NCBI GenBank assembly: GCA_965215005.1
Contig: CBDCCZ010000044.1
Span: 1-64,000, forward strand
Reading direction: 5' to 3'
From: Kofleriaceae bacterium
Lineage (GTDB): Bacteria > Myxococcota_A > Polyangia > Haliangiales > Haliangiaceae
Length of the DNA stretch: 64,000 nt
The position numbers and the translations under genes are program-made. Each line of letters begins with the position of its first letter. Within the stretch, counting starts at the first letter, position 1. Positions 49,007 through 60,840 of the stretch are shown here, piece after piece. The notes under the pieces are model-generated. The model was not told where the DNA came from and did no database searches. It saw only the letters and a program-made list of their open reading frames with translations.

Positions 49007-50026
49007 TCACGCGGCGGGCGCAGCCTCCATCTCGTCGGCGGCATCTTGCCAATTCTCGAACTGCAGGATGCCAAGGTCGGCAAAGCGCGTGCGTTGCCTC
49101 TCGGACAGCAGACCGAGCTTTTTCACCGCCGGGACGATCTTGGAGAAGAGCAGCTGGCGAAATATCTGCTGGCCCTTGTTCTCGAGCGCGATCTGCTTGC
49201 ACCGCTCGACTGGCAATCCGAGCTTGTCCCAGACTTCTGCATAGAGGAACCGGTCACGCATCAAGCGAGCCGCTTCGTAAACGAAGTCTTCGCGTTCCTC
49301 GATGACGGCAGCTGGCTGGTCGGCGTAGTAATCGCGCAGCGATAAAATGCCATAAGCGACGTGGCGCGCCTCGTCTTGCATGACGTAATGCGTGAGCTGG
49401 CGGATCAGCGGCTCGGTGCTGTGGTTGCGCAGCATCGAGAATGCCGCCAGCGCTAGCCCCTCGACCATGATCTGCATGCCGAGAAACTTCATGTCCCAGC
49501 GCGAGTCTTTGAGGATCATGTCGAGCAGCGTTTTCAGGTGCTCGTTGACGGGGTACGAGAAGCCGATCTTCTCGTGCAGGTAGCGGTTGTAGACATCGAC
49601 GTGGCGCGCTTCATCGACGACTTGGCTGGCGCCATAGAGCTTGGAGTCGAGATCAGGCACCGCGTCCACGAGCTGAGCCGTCGCGAGCAAGGCGCCCTGC
49701 TCGCCGTGGAGAAACTGCGATAGCGTCCATGAGCTGGTCTCGGTGTGCATCGCCGCGCGCTCCTTTGCGGTCATGCGCGTCCACACCTCGGAGCCGAACA
49801 ACGGCTGGAGCTCCTCGGGCCAGTTGGGACGTTCGATGTCGACGTCTTGCTTCCACGGCAGGACGTCCTCGGCGATCCATTGGCCGCGTTGCGCCTTGCG
49901 GTAGAGGTCACGAAGCTTTTGCCGAGTCTCCTCGTAGCCCCAGGTGTACGTGAGGTCGAGGGTCACGCTCAGGGTCTCGCTGCTCGGCCCAAGCTGCTGA
50001 GCCGCGGGTGCATTCCAGTCGGTCAT
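49007..50026 (-). CDS. Ferritin-like diiron protein (AurF-like oxygenase family)
   Basis: FLHGEQGAL, VDEARHV, MVEGLAL, QDEARHV (two ExxH motifs); AAGGAG RBS. Confidence 0.8.
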   Translation of the reverse strand: MTDWNAPAAQQLGPSSETLSVTLDLTYTWGYEETRQKLRDLYRKAQRGQWIAEDVLPWKQDVDIERPNWPEELQPLFGSEVWTRMTAKERAAMHTETSSWTLSQFLHGEQGALLATAQLVDAVPDLDSKLYGASQVVDEARHVDVYNRYLHEKIGFSYPVNEHLKTLLDMILKDSRWDMKFLGMQIMVEGLALAAFSMLRNHSTEPLIRQLTHYVMQDEARHVAYGILSLRDYYADQPAAVIEEREDFVYEAARLMRDRFLYAEVWDKLGLPVERCKQIALENKGQQIFRQLLFSKIVPAVKKLGLLSERQRTRFADLGILQFENWQDAADEMEAAPAA

Positions 50027-50045
50027 GGGTGGCTCCTTGGAAAGT

Positions 50046-50068
50046 AAAGATGAAGTCAACTTCACTTT
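50046..50068. promoter_or_regulatory. Putative TetR operator between the divergent diiron-protein and TetR genes
   Basis: Perfect core TGAAGT-CA-ACTTCA (50051-50064), flanked by AAAG/CTTT. Confidence 0.6.
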
Positions 50069-50080
50069 GACTCCTTTTCC

Positions 50081-50767
50081 TTGAATCGGTCAAGGAGGAT
50101 TGTTTATGAAGGGTCCCCTTTGCCGACCCCCGAGGAATTACTGCTACTTGAGGGCGTGGTGCGGCGCTTCCCGCAGGAGCGCGCACGCCGTACGTTCGAA
50201 GCGCTGTTGTGCGCGGCCTCCGAGCTGTTTCTCGAGAAGGGCTTTGATGCCACGCAAACTCCGGACATCGCGGCGCGCGCCGGGGTCAGCGTTGGCACGT
50301 TTTATCGGTACTTCGCGGACAAGCGCGAGGTGTACCTCGAGGACTTGCGCCGGAATCTGCTGGCGGCGTATCGCGAGGTGATGGGCCGGCTCACCCCCGA
50401 GCGGTTCATCGGCAAAGGCAGCCGCGCGACCATCGACGAGACGTTGGCGGCGCTCTTGGGGACGGTCACACGGTTTCCCCAGATGCAGCGTGTGTTTCTC
50501 GAGATGTCGCTGCGTGACCCCGATGTCGCGGCACTCAAGCGCGCGGTCGACCTGGCGGGGCAGACCGCGCTCACGCAGCTAATCGCCGCGGTTTGCGCGC
50601 CCGAACGCGTGCCTGATCCCGAAGCGACCGCGTTCATCATCTACACGGCGGTGGTCGAGTGCGCGCACGCGTTGGCGGGCAATCGCGGCGAGCCGCTGCT
50701 CGAGCTCGAGCGCGGACGCCGCGACCTGGCCCGGGTGCTCTATCGGCTGTTGTTCGACGACGACTAG
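50081..50767 (+). CDS. TetR/AcrR family transcriptional regulator; true start may be ATG 50106 with a one-base indel
   Basis: PQERARRT..ALL..ASELFLEKGF...DIAARAGVSVGTFYRYFADK. A strong AAGGAGG precedes the out-of-frame ATG 50106. Confidence 0.92.
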   Translation: MNRSRRIVYEGSPLPTPEELLLLEGVVRRFPQERARRTFEALLCAASELFLEKGFDATQTPDIAARAGVSVGTFYRYFADKREVYLEDLRRNLLAAYREVMGRLTPERFIGKGSRATIDETLAALLGTVTRFPQMQRVFLEMSLRDPDVAALKRAVDLAGQTALTQLIAAVCAPERVPDPEATAFIIYTAVVECAHALAGNRGEPLLELERGRRDLARVLYRLLFDDD

Positions 50768-50863
50768 ACGACGACTAAACGACAGATGGATGAATTCGGT
50801 CGCGTCGACGGGCGCGCTCTCGTTCATGAGCGACACGAGGTTCGTCGCGTTATATTCGTCCGC

Positions 50864-51274
50864 ATGAACAAGCTCTTATGGATCGCGCTCAGCAGCATGC
50901 TTCTTGCGTCAACCGGATGTAAGAAAGACGAGCCGGTGGAAGTCGAGACTCCGGCGGAGCGCGCGGCGCCCATGGAAGGGCAGGCACCGCCACAGTCCGC
51001 AACCACGCGTGATGTCGCCATCACGGTCACCGCCTCCGGCTATGAGCCCGCACGGATCGAAGCCGCCCCGGGCGAATCGCTCAACTTGGTTTTTACCCGC
51101 ACCGCCGAAAGTGAGTGCGCCGAGTACGTCAAAGTCGCCGGCGGTGAAAAGCACGAGCTCCCTCTCAACGAGGCGGTATCGATTCCCGTCAGCGTTCCTG
51201 AGAGCGGCGAGATCACGTTCGCTTGCGGCATGGACATGATGACCGGCGTCGTCGTCGCCAAGTCCCACGGCTAG
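50864..51274 (+). CDS. Cupredoxin-domain lipoprotein
   Basis: Lipobox STG-C; GYEPARI, LVFTR...EC, ITFACGMDMMTG. Confidence 0.85.
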   Translation: MNKLLWIALSSMLLASTGCKKDEPVEVETPAERAAPMEGQAPPQSATTRDVAITVTASGYEPARIEAAPGESLNLVFTRTAESECAEYVKVAGGEKHELPLNEAVSIPVSVPESGEITFACGMDMMTGVVVAKSHG

Positions 51275-51308
51275 CGCGACCGCGATAGACGCGGCGAGAG
51301 CGCCGTCG

Positions 51309-54002
51309 CTACTTGACTTGGAAACTCTGGGTGAAGCACACAGGGACGGCCTTGCCGTTGTCTCGATACGGCTCGTAGCGCCAGCTGTAGAGCGTGAGCT
51401 CGAGCGGCCGCGAGGTCTGATAGCTAAGATTGCTCGGGAGGCCGACGCGGCGAACCTTGCCGGCCGCGTCGACACACAGCTCGACGGCGAGTCGACCGCG
51501 CGGCAGGGCGCTCAGCCCGCCGAGCGTAGGAAGGCTACCCGTGCGCTTCTTCATCGCTCCAGCCGAGACCGTGAGCGGGCCGCTTCGAGTGGGCTTCTGC
51601 GCGAGCGGAGCGCGCAGCGCGGGTGCCTCAGGCGGGGCGTCGGCCCGCAGCTCGAGCTCAAAGCTCATCCCAGGCACCTTTCGACGGCTGGCCGCGAGAC
51701 CACCCTGCGCAGGCAGTGCCGCTTCATCGACCACGACCGGCGCCTTTGAGGGCGTCTGTTGGGTAGGCTGCGCGCGTTCTTCCCGCTTGCGCCGTCGAAG
51801 CTCCTTCTTGTGAGCTTCGAGCGCCTCGCGCTCGAGGTTTGGCTGTAGCTCGTAATGCGTGTTGGATTCGGCATCGAGCTCTCGACGCCACAGCTCCCCG
51901 TACTCGTTCTCCAGGGAGATGACATGACTGCCGGTTTCCACCTCGACCGAGGTCGGCGTCGCTTCCATGAGCGTTTCGCCATTGATCTTGACGATCAACC
52001 CGGGAGGCGTGCTTCGCACCGCGACGGTGGCGCCGCTGGAGGCCTTCTCGAGCACCACGCGCACGGTTTGATTTTCATTCGCCGCTACCTCGAGCGTCGA
52101 AATCCACGAGCGATAGCCCTGCCGGCGAATCTCCACGGAATGATCACCAACGGCGAGCTCGACCTCATGAGGCACTTCATCGTGCGTCTTGCCATCGACG
52201 AGAACCACCGCGTCGCTTGGCTCGACAAGGAGTCTCACGTGCCCAAATCTAGGCGGCTGCGCGCTGCTGTCGCGACCATCGCTGCCGGCGGTGCGCAGCA
52301 AAAGCAGCGCGCCACAGACAGCGAGCACACCGCCGGCAATGGCCATGACTCGCCAGCGTGACGAGCGATGTTGCGCGACGATTCCGGCGCCGAACTCGGT
52401 CGACATGCGCGCGCGTTCGGACGATTCGACCAGCGGCACCTCGACCGGCATCTCGTCATCGACGCGGTGGGTGGTGGTGGTGCCGCGTCCGAGTGCCGGC
52501 GCTGGCGGCAGTCCTTCGCTCGGCGCGCCCGCTCCGGCGGATGAGAACGCGCCGGAGCCCGGACCGAAGGCCCCGGGTAAGGGCGGCGCTGTCGACGTGA
52601 GCCCGAGGGCACCCGCGCCACTGGCTCCCGGAGCAATCGAGGCAGCTCGCTGCCTAGCACCTGGTCGACGCGAACCGGCGCGCACCTGGACCTGCCCCGG
52701 CTCGTCTCCGCGCGGCGCGGCACCCACGACGTATGCAACGTCATCTGTGGGCGAAGTGGCGGCTCGCTGCGCGGGCGTGCCCTCGACCTGCGACGGGCTA
52801 ATCGGTGGTTGACTCGCTGGCGTGGGTATCTTGTGACTCACGTCCGGCACGTCATCGAGGAGCACCGGCCGGGCCGCGTCCTCGGCCGCCGAGCCCCAAA
52901 CCATATCGACCTCGTCGTCGTCGCCGAGCGCGACACCGCCCGCCAATCGCGCGCGGTCGAGCCGCGGCATGAGGTCTGAATCGCTCGGACCGAGCGAGCG
53001 CGAGTCTTGTTGCGCCATCGTGATCGAGCGAGACACGCTGCCTTCAGTCAGCTCCTGGGAGAAAGCCCATTGGCACCAGTGACTGACCTCGCGATTGGTG
53101 GCGTTGTACTGATAGTGCCTGCGCAGGCGGTGCAGCTCTTCGCGCATGTCCGCGGCCGACGCCCAGCGTTGATCGCGATCCTTACTCAGCGCCTTGAGGA
53201 CGATCGCGTCGAGCTCGGGCGGCACCTCGAGGTTTTGAGCCGACGGCGGTGCGACGGGCGCTTTCTGCACCCGCATCAGGGTTTTGTAGTCGTTTTTGGT
53301 CGCAAACAGCGGCCGCGCGGTGAGGAGCTCGTGCGCAATGATCCCGACCGAGAAGAGGTCGCTACGGCCATCGAGGGCCTGACCGGTCACTGACTCGGGA
53401 GCCATATACGCGAGCTTGCCCTTGACACGTCCGGTCTGGGTACGAAGCTGTGTCGACTGCGCCTTGGCAATGCCAAAGTCGATGATCTTGAGGTGCCCTG
53501 AGCCGGTGATCAGCAAGTTCGACGGCGAGACGTCGCGGTGCACCAGCCCGAGCGGAACCCCGTCTTCGTCGGCGCGGGTATGGGCGTAGTCGAGGGCATC
53601 GCAGAGCTGCAGCAGCAGCGCGACCGTGACGTTGATCGGCGGCGGCCCGGTGACGCGTTTGGACTGGCGCAGCACCTTGCGGACATCGCGCCCCTCGATG
53701 AGCTCCATCGAGATGAAGTACACAGGGCCAACTCGCCCGAGCTCATAGAGCTGCACGATGTTGGCGTGCTGGAGCAGCGAAGCGAGCTTTGCCTCGCGCA
53801 CGAACGAGCGCACGAAGCTCTCGTCTTCGGCCAAGTGAGGCAGCAGGCGCTTGAGGGCGACCATGCGCTCAAAACCCTCGATGCCGCGCTCTTTGGCCCG
53901 ATGCACCGTGGCCATTCCACCGATGCCCAGCCGTTCGTAGACGAGATAGGGCCCGAACACCTCGTGCTGCGTCTCACCCGCTGGGTCGTGCGTTGTCGTC
54001 AT
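51309..54002 (-). CDS. Transmembrane Ser/Thr kinase with PEGA domains and a C-terminal TonB-C-like domain
   Basis: LGIGGMATV, HRDVSPSN, DFGIAK, GKLAYMAPE; one TM; PEGA (VRSTPPGL.VKING); C-terminus VELCVDAAGKV...WRYEPYRDNGKAVPVCFTQSF. Confidence 0.88.
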   Translation of the reverse strand: MTTTHDPAGETQHEVFGPYLVYERLGIGGMATVHRAKERGIEGFERMVALKRLLPHLAEDESFVRSFVREAKLASLLQHANIVQLYELGRVGPVYFISMELIEGRDVRKVLRQSKRVTGPPPINVTVALLLQLCDALDYAHTRADEDGVPLGLVHRDVSPSNLLITGSGHLKIIDFGIAKAQSTQLRTQTGRVKGKLAYMAPESVTGQALDGRSDLFSVGIIAHELLTARPLFATKNDYKTLMRVQKAPVAPPSAQNLEVPPELDAIVLKALSKDRDQRWASAADMREELHRLRRHYQYNATNREVSHWCQWAFSQELTEGSVSRSITMAQQDSRSLGPSDSDLMPRLDRARLAGGVALGDDDEVDMVWGSAAEDAARPVLLDDVPDVSHKIPTPASQPPISPSQVEGTPAQRAATSPTDDVAYVVGAAPRGDEPGQVQVRAGSRRPGARQRAASIAPGASGAGALGLTSTAPPLPGAFGPGSGAFSSAGAGAPSEGLPPAPALGRGTTTTHRVDDEMPVEVPLVESSERARMSTEFGAGIVAQHRSSRWRVMAIAGGVLAVCGALLLLRTAGSDGRDSSAQPPRFGHVRLLVEPSDAVVLVDGKTHDEVPHEVELAVGDHSVEIRRQGYRSWISTLEVAANENQTVRVVLEKASSGATVAVRSTPPGLIVKINGETLMEATPTSVEVETGSHVISLENEYGELWRRELDAESNTHYELQPNLEREALEAHKKELRRRKREERAQPTQQTPSKAPVVVDEAALPAQGGLAASRRKVPGMSFELELRADAPPEAPALRAPLAQKPTRSGPLTVSAGAMKKRTGSLPTLGGLSALPRGRLAVELCVDAAGKVRRVGLPSNLSYQTSRPLELTLYSWRYEPYRDNGKAVPVCFTQSFQVK

Positions 54003-54023
54003 TCGTCCCCGGTGCGCTTCCCG

Positions 54024-54038
54024 GCAACCCCGGTGCCA
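54024..54038 (-). promoter_or_regulatory. Putative sigma-54 promoter for the TonB-C kinase gene
   Basis: Minus strand TGGCACCGGGGTTGC (GG-N10-GC), 21 nt upstream of ATG 54002, with an AT-richer region further upstream. Confidence 0.6.
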
Positions 54039-54340
54039 GTCACTGTTGCATAAGAGATGCGTAGCGTGCACATGAATTTCACCGCTCGAGGCTGTATGTC
54101 ACTTGAATTACAGGTGTTGGTGTGACGAGGATTCCGGATTTCCCAGCCGCAGCCAACCTTCGATAGGGAAAAGAAGGACATAACCCGCTGATCTCATTGG
54201 GACTCGAGGCTCGCCCGACGAGCGCCCGGTTGCAGGCGATGCGCCGGGCGCCAGCGGCAGCAGCCACGCTGATGCTACGGCGCCCCTCCGACACTCGGCA
54301 GCGAGCCGCGGGTGGACGAACGCGCGAGCAGGCGATACCA

Positions 54341-54574
54341 CTACCCCTGCGGCGGGGTGAGGGTCTCGAGAGCCAGCGCGTGAATGGGACCCTTCATTTC
54401 ATCGGCGAGCGCCGCGTACACCATCCGGTGTCGCTGCATCATCGTCTTGCCCGCGAAAGCCGACGACACCACTCGCGCCTGCCAATGGTCGGCGGTGCCG
54501 GTGAGGTCTTCGAGGGTGACGTCAGCGTCGGGAATGGCCGCGCGGATCTTGCTCGCGATGTCTTCCGCCTTCAT
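54341..54574 (-). CDS. bolA: BolA family protein
   Basis: DLTGTADHW..RVVS.AFAGK...QRHRMVYAAL...IHALALET. Confidence 0.93.
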   Translation of the reverse strand: MKAEDIASKIRAAIPDADVTLEDLTGTADHWQARVVSSAFAGKTMMQRHRMVYAALADEMKGPIHALALETLTPPQG

Positions 54575-54640
54575 GACCGGTAGGTAGCGCACCCGCGGGT
54601 TTTGCGCAAAGGACTCGAGCCTGCCGTCGCGAGTGGCCGC

Positions 54641-56272
<1,632 letters not shown>

Positions 56273-56325
56273 GGGCCGATCCTTAGCATGGATCGCCGAC
56301 GCGACCGCCGGCCCCGGCACGGGGC

Positions 56326-58257
56326 TCAGTCGAGGTACGTATAGGCGCTGAGGCCGTTTTGGAAGCGGCTGATGAGTTGCTTGGACTCGTCCAGCGTAAT
56401 GCGACCGGTGCGGAGCGCCGCCTCGACGTGCGAGCGCAGTCGCTTGAGTAGATCGCTTGGCGAGTAGTCGACGTAGCGCAGCACTTCGGAGACGGTATCG
56501 CCGGCGACGACCTCATCGATGAAATAGGCGCCGTTTTCGCCGAGGGTCACGTGCACGGTGTTGGTGTCGCCAAAGAGGTTGTGCATGTCGCCGAGGATCT
56601 CTTGATAGGCGCCCACGAGAAAGATCCCGAGGTAGTAGTCGCCGCCATCGGGCGGGTGGAGCTCGAGGGCCTTCTTGACGTCGCGCAAATCAATGAACTG
56701 ATCGATCTTGCCATCGGAGTCGCAGGTGATGTCGGCCAGGATTCCGCGATTGACGGGCTCTTCGTTGAGCCGGTGAATCGGCATGATCGGGAACAGCTGG
56801 TCCACCGCCCACGCATCGGGCAGCGACTGGAACATCGAGAAGTTGCAGAAGTAGGTATCGCTGAGAGTTTTCTCGAGCCCTTCGAGCTCTTCGGGAACGT
56901 GCGGCAGGCTGCGCACGATGCCGAGAATGCGCTCGCAGATGGCCCAGAACAGTTGCTCGCAGGTGACTCGCTCTTTGAGCCCGAGGTGCCCGAGGTTGAA
57001 CAGCTGGAGCACCTGATCCTTGTATTCCACCGCGTCGTGATAGCTCTCGAGCAGGTTCTTGAGCTTGACGCCGTGGTAGGTCTCGAAGAGGTTGGCGACC
57101 AGGCCTTCGCCGTCTTCGTCGAGGCTTTCGGGGACCTCGAAGTTGGCGAACTCGGTCACGCCCAAGACGTTCACGACGAGTACTGAATGATGCGCGGCCA
57201 CCGCGCGACCCGACTCGGTCACGATAGTGGGATGCGGCACGTCGCCGGCATCGCACAGCTCCTGCAGGGCATACACGACATCGTTGGCGTATTCCTGCAC
57301 GGTGTAGTTCATCGACGAGGCAAAGTTGGTTTGGGAGCCGTCGTAGTCGACGCCAAGGCCGCCGCCGACGTCGAAGTAACGCAGCTGCCCGCAGCCGAGC
57401 TTGAACAGCTCGACGTAGAGCCGTCCTGCCTCGCGCAGCGCGTTCTTGATCGACCGGATCGAAGAAATTTGCGAGCCGAGGTGAAAGTGCAGCAGCCCGA
57501 GCGTGTCGATCTCGCCCCAACTCTTGAGCTTGTCCACCGCCTCGACCATCTCCGCCGCCGACAAGCCGAACTTGCTGCGGTCGCCTCCCGACTGCTCCCA
57601 GCGCCCCGCGCCTCGCGACGACAAGCGCGCGCGAAATCCCAAGGTCGGCTTGACGCCAACGCGGCCGGCAACGCGATGAATGTGGTCGACCTCGCCCGGC
57701 TTCTCGACCACGAGCACGACGGTGCGGCCGAGTTTCGACGCCAGCAGCGCGGTCTCGATGTACTCATCGTCTTTATAGCCATTGCAGACCACCAGCGCCT
57801 CGGGGTCCTCGTGCATGGCCATGATTGCGAGCAGCTCGGGCTTGGAGCCCGCCTCGAGCCCGTAATGATACGCCCGGCCGAACTCGATGATTTCCTCGAC
57901 CACGCGGCGGTTCTGGTTGACCTTGATCGGATACACGCCGCGGTACGTGCCTTCGTAGCCGTACTCTTTGATGGCACCGCTGAACGCGTCGTTGAGCAGC
58001 TGGATGCGCGCGCGCAAGATGTCTGAGAAGCGCAGCAGGATCGGCAGCTGGATGCCGCGGCCGGTGAGCTCGTCGACCAGCGCCTTCATATCGACTTCGT
58101 GCGGCGAGTCGGTGTTGGGACGAACCACGACGCTGCCGCGGTCGTTGACGCCAAAATACCCGCAGCCCCATCGATTGACGTTGTAGGTCTCCAGAGCGTC
58201 TGCAATGGACCAACGGCGCAAAGGGTCGGTCGCAGCCAATGCCTTGGTACGTGCCAC
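56326..58257 (-). CDS. speA: Biosynthetic arginine decarboxylase
   Basis: GVYPIKVNQ, GLEAGSKPEL, HFHLGSQI, DVGGGLGVDYDG, TCDSDGKID, GAYQEILGDMHNLFG. Confidence 0.96.
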   Translation of the reverse strand: MARTKALAATDPLRRWSIADALETYNVNRWGCGYFGVNDRGSVVVRPNTDSPHEVDMKALVDELTGRGIQLPILLRFSDILRARIQLLNDAFSGAIKEYGYEGTYRGVYPIKVNQNRRVVEEIIEFGRAYHYGLEAGSKPELLAIMAMHEDPEALVVCNGYKDDEYIETALLASKLGRTVVLVVEKPGEVDHIHRVAGRVGVKPTLGFRARLSSRGAGRWEQSGGDRSKFGLSAAEMVEAVDKLKSWGEIDTLGLLHFHLGSQISSIRSIKNALREAGRLYVELFKLGCGQLRYFDVGGGLGVDYDGSQTNFASSMNYTVQEYANDVVYALQELCDAGDVPHPTIVTESGRAVAAHHSVLVVNVLGVTEFANFEVPESLDEDGEGLVANLFETYHGVKLKNLLESYHDAVEYKDQVLQLFNLGHLGLKERVTCEQLFWAICERILGIVRSLPHVPEELEGLEKTLSDTYFCNFSMFQSLPDAWAVDQLFPIMPIHRLNEEPVNRGILADITCDSDGKIDQFIDLRDVKKALELHPPDGGDYYLGIFLVGAYQEILGDMHNLFGDTNTVHVTLGENGAYFIDEVVAGDTVSEVLRYVDYSPSDLLKRLRSHVEAALRTGRITLDESKQLISRFQNGLSAYTYLD

Positions 58258-58381
58258 GGTGTTTCACTAAAGCTTTTCCAGGTCTTATGCAATCACCAAT
58301 TCGGCCGCCTCTAAAAAAACGCGCCGCGGTTGCGCGCTGGCTTGCCGGGGTGACGCTTTTGGATAGAGTCGAGCGTTCTGC

Positions 58382-60790
58382 ATGTCGAACCAGGTCAACA
58401 AAGGCTCGGAAGCCGCTGAAATCATCGCCGACGAAGAGAAGCTGCACGCGCGGGTGCAGTCGCGAATCGCGCTCGGCCAAGATGACGGGCGGCATTTGGT
58501 GGGCGCGGCCGATCTGGACAAAGATCTCCTCGAGCTGCGCGATGCGGTGGGCGAAGCCAAGCCCGAAGATCTAGCGCCGCTGGTCGAGCAGATGACGCGG
58601 CTGGCGGCGATCCGCGGGCGGATTGGCGGCTCCCGCACCTTGCCCGTGGACCCGGCATCGCCCTATTTCGCCCACATGACACTGCGGGAGCAGGGCAAGA
58701 GCCGCGACGTGTTGGTCGGCAAACGCGGCTTCATCGACCGCGATAGCGGCGTGCAGATCGTCGATTGGCGCAACGCTCCCGTGTCGCGCATCTACTATCG
58801 CTACGAAGAAGGCGATGATTACGAAGAAGAGATCGCCGGACGCTCCACCGAGGGAGTGGTCGAAGTTCGCCGCAACGTCTCGATTCACGGCGGTCGGCTC
58901 CGCCGCATTGGCGCGCCACAAGGCACCTTCGTTCGCGATGCGCGGAACGTTTGGCACCAGGCGGTTGGCCAGGCGAAACCGGTGCTCCAAGGTGGCTCGG
59001 GCACGGCAGCGCGAGCGCCGCGGCCGGCACCGCGGCCCAAGGAGCGCCAGCGCGGTGGTCGGCTCGGCGTTCACGGCGGTCCGGTGCATCGCGCCGATAA
59101 ACACCTGCCGGAAATCGCCGCGCTGATCGATCGCGAGCAGTTCGAGCTGATCTCGCAGCCAGAGAGCGGAATGGTCGTCATTCAAGGTGGCGCTGGCTCC
59201 GGCAAGACCACGGTGGCGCTGCACCGCATCGCGTATCTCAACTTTGCGGACGCGCGGCGGTTCGCGGCCAACAAAATCCTGTTCGTCGTGCCGTCCCAGG
59301 CGCTCGTCAAGTATGTAGCTGGAGTGCTGCCGTCGCTCGGCGTGAGCGGCGTGCCCGTGGTGACCTACTATGGATGGGCGCGCAACACCCGGCAGAAGCT
59401 CCTGCGCGGCACCAGCAACCAGTACAACAGCGATACGCCGGAAGCCGTTTCCCGCGTCAAGAAGCACCCCGCGTTGCTCGCGCTCCTCGATGAGCTCGTT
59501 GCCGAGCAGGTGCGCGAGGCAGGAGTCGTGCTTGCCGAAGCCGCCGGCGGCGCACGCGGCAAGGTCGAGGGCGCATGGCGTGAGCTGGCGGCCGAGGCGC
59601 TGGTGCCACGCCTCCAACACCTCCACCGCTGGAGCAAAGAGGCCGCGCTCGATTCCGCTGCGCGCATCGCGGTCGAGGGAGTGATCAAGAAGCTGCGCCA
59701 GCGCGCGGTCGACGTGCAGGCGGATTGGGCCGAGCTTCTCACGGATGGTTCGCGACTGGCGCGTGGGTTTGCGGATTGCCCGCGAGAGGTTAGCGACTAT
59801 GACGTGCGCCGCACCGTGCAGTGGTGCATGCAGCAGCTTCGCGAGGCCGGCCCAGCCGTCGATGCCGAAGGCCGCACGATCAGTGGAGTCGATGGTCAAG
59901 GTGTGGACGACGAGCATCCCGGCGGCCGCTATGACGTTGAAGACGATCCGATCTTATTGCGCCTCATTCAGCTCAAGCGAGGCGAGCTGCTCGGCCCCGA
60001 CGGCCACCGCGTGAGCTATGAGCATGTCGCGATCGATGAAGCCCAGGATCGCTCCGCCATCGAGGTCAAGGTGCTTCTCGAGGCGGTCGAGGCCCACGGC
60101 GGCGATGCGACGCAACGCTCGGTGACCATCGCCGGCGACACCGCGCAGCGGGTGGTGTTCGACAACGCCTTCTCCAGCTGGCAGATGCTCCTCGAGCAGA
60201 TCGGTCACGCGGCGCTGATTCGACCGCTGAAGCTTTCCTATCGGTCCACTGCCGAGGTCATGGAGCTGGCGCGCGAAATTCTCGGCCCGGAGCTTGCGCC
60301 CGAAGAGCCGCTGGTGGCGCGCAACGGCGCCCCGGTGGAGCTCCACGAGTTTGGCGACATCGGTGAAGCGGTGGCGTTCTTGGGCGATGCGCTGCGCGGG
60401 CTCATGAGCCGCGAGCGGGGCGCCTCGGTGGCGCTCATCGCACGTCATCCCGAGCAGGCCGAGGCATATTTTAGCGGCTTGCGACGCGCCGAGGTGCCGG
60501 CGTTGCGGCTGGTGCGGGGCGATGATTTCTCCTTCACGCCCGGCGTCGACGTTGTCGATGCAGCGCGGGTCAAGGGGCTCGAGTTCGACTACGTGATCAT
60601 GGTCGAGGTCAACGCTTCGAGCTATTCGGCCACAGTCGAAGCGCGCCATCTATTTCATATTGCCGCCACTCGCGCCGCGCACCAGCTGTGGTTGATATCC
60701 ACTGGCGAGGTGTCGCCGCTGATCCCCGAACGGCTGCGCGTCGGCGGCGAGGGCTACGTGCGCGTCGACGCGGCTAGCGAGGAGTCGTGA
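58382..60790 (+). CDS. HelD-like SF1 ATPase (RNA polymerase recycling family)
   Basis: SPYFAHM, IVDWRNAPVSRIYY, IQGGAGSGKTTVALHRIAYL, IDEAQD, AGDTAQ, SYRST, KGLEFD, ATRA.HQL. Confidence 0.8.
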   Translation: MSNQVNKGSEAAEIIADEEKLHARVQSRIALGQDDGRHLVGAADLDKDLLELRDAVGEAKPEDLAPLVEQMTRLAAIRGRIGGSRTLPVDPASPYFAHMTLREQGKSRDVLVGKRGFIDRDSGVQIVDWRNAPVSRIYYRYEEGDDYEEEIAGRSTEGVVEVRRNVSIHGGRLRRIGAPQGTFVRDARNVWHQAVGQAKPVLQGGSGTAARAPRPAPRPKERQRGGRLGVHGGPVHRADKHLPEIAALIDREQFELISQPESGMVVIQGGAGSGKTTVALHRIAYLNFADARRFAANKILFVVPSQALVKYVAGVLPSLGVSGVPVVTYYGWARNTRQKLLRGTSNQYNSDTPEAVSRVKKHPALLALLDELVAEQVREAGVVLAEAAGGARGKVEGAWRELAAEALVPRLQHLHRWSKEAALDSAARIAVEGVIKKLRQRAVDVQADWAELLTDGSRLARGFADCPREVSDYDVRRTVQWCMQQLREAGPAVDAEGRTISGVDGQGVDDEHPGGRYDVEDDPILLRLIQLKRGELLGPDGHRVSYEHVAIDEAQDRSAIEVKVLLEAVEAHGGDATQRSVTIAGDTAQRVVFDNAFSSWQMLLEQIGHAALIRPLKLSYRSTAEVMELAREILGPELAPEEPLVARNGAPVELHEFGDIGEAVAFLGDALRGLMSRERGASVALIARHPEQAEAYFSGLRRAEVPALRLVRGDDFSFTPGVDVVDAARVKGLEFDYVIMVEVNASSYSATVEARHLFHIAATRAAHQLWLISTGEVSPLIPERLRVGGEGYVRVDAASEES

Positions 60791-60840
60791 GTGATCGCTC
60801 GAGAATCGGCGCCGCTCGCGCCATAGACTGAAAGAACCGC

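Noticed and set aside
54040..54340. Riboswitch or sRNA in the AT-richer gap between the kinase gene and bolA
   Set aside because: No recognisable aptamer, tRNA or 6S pattern; better explained as upstream regulatory DNA of the sigma-54-like promoter.
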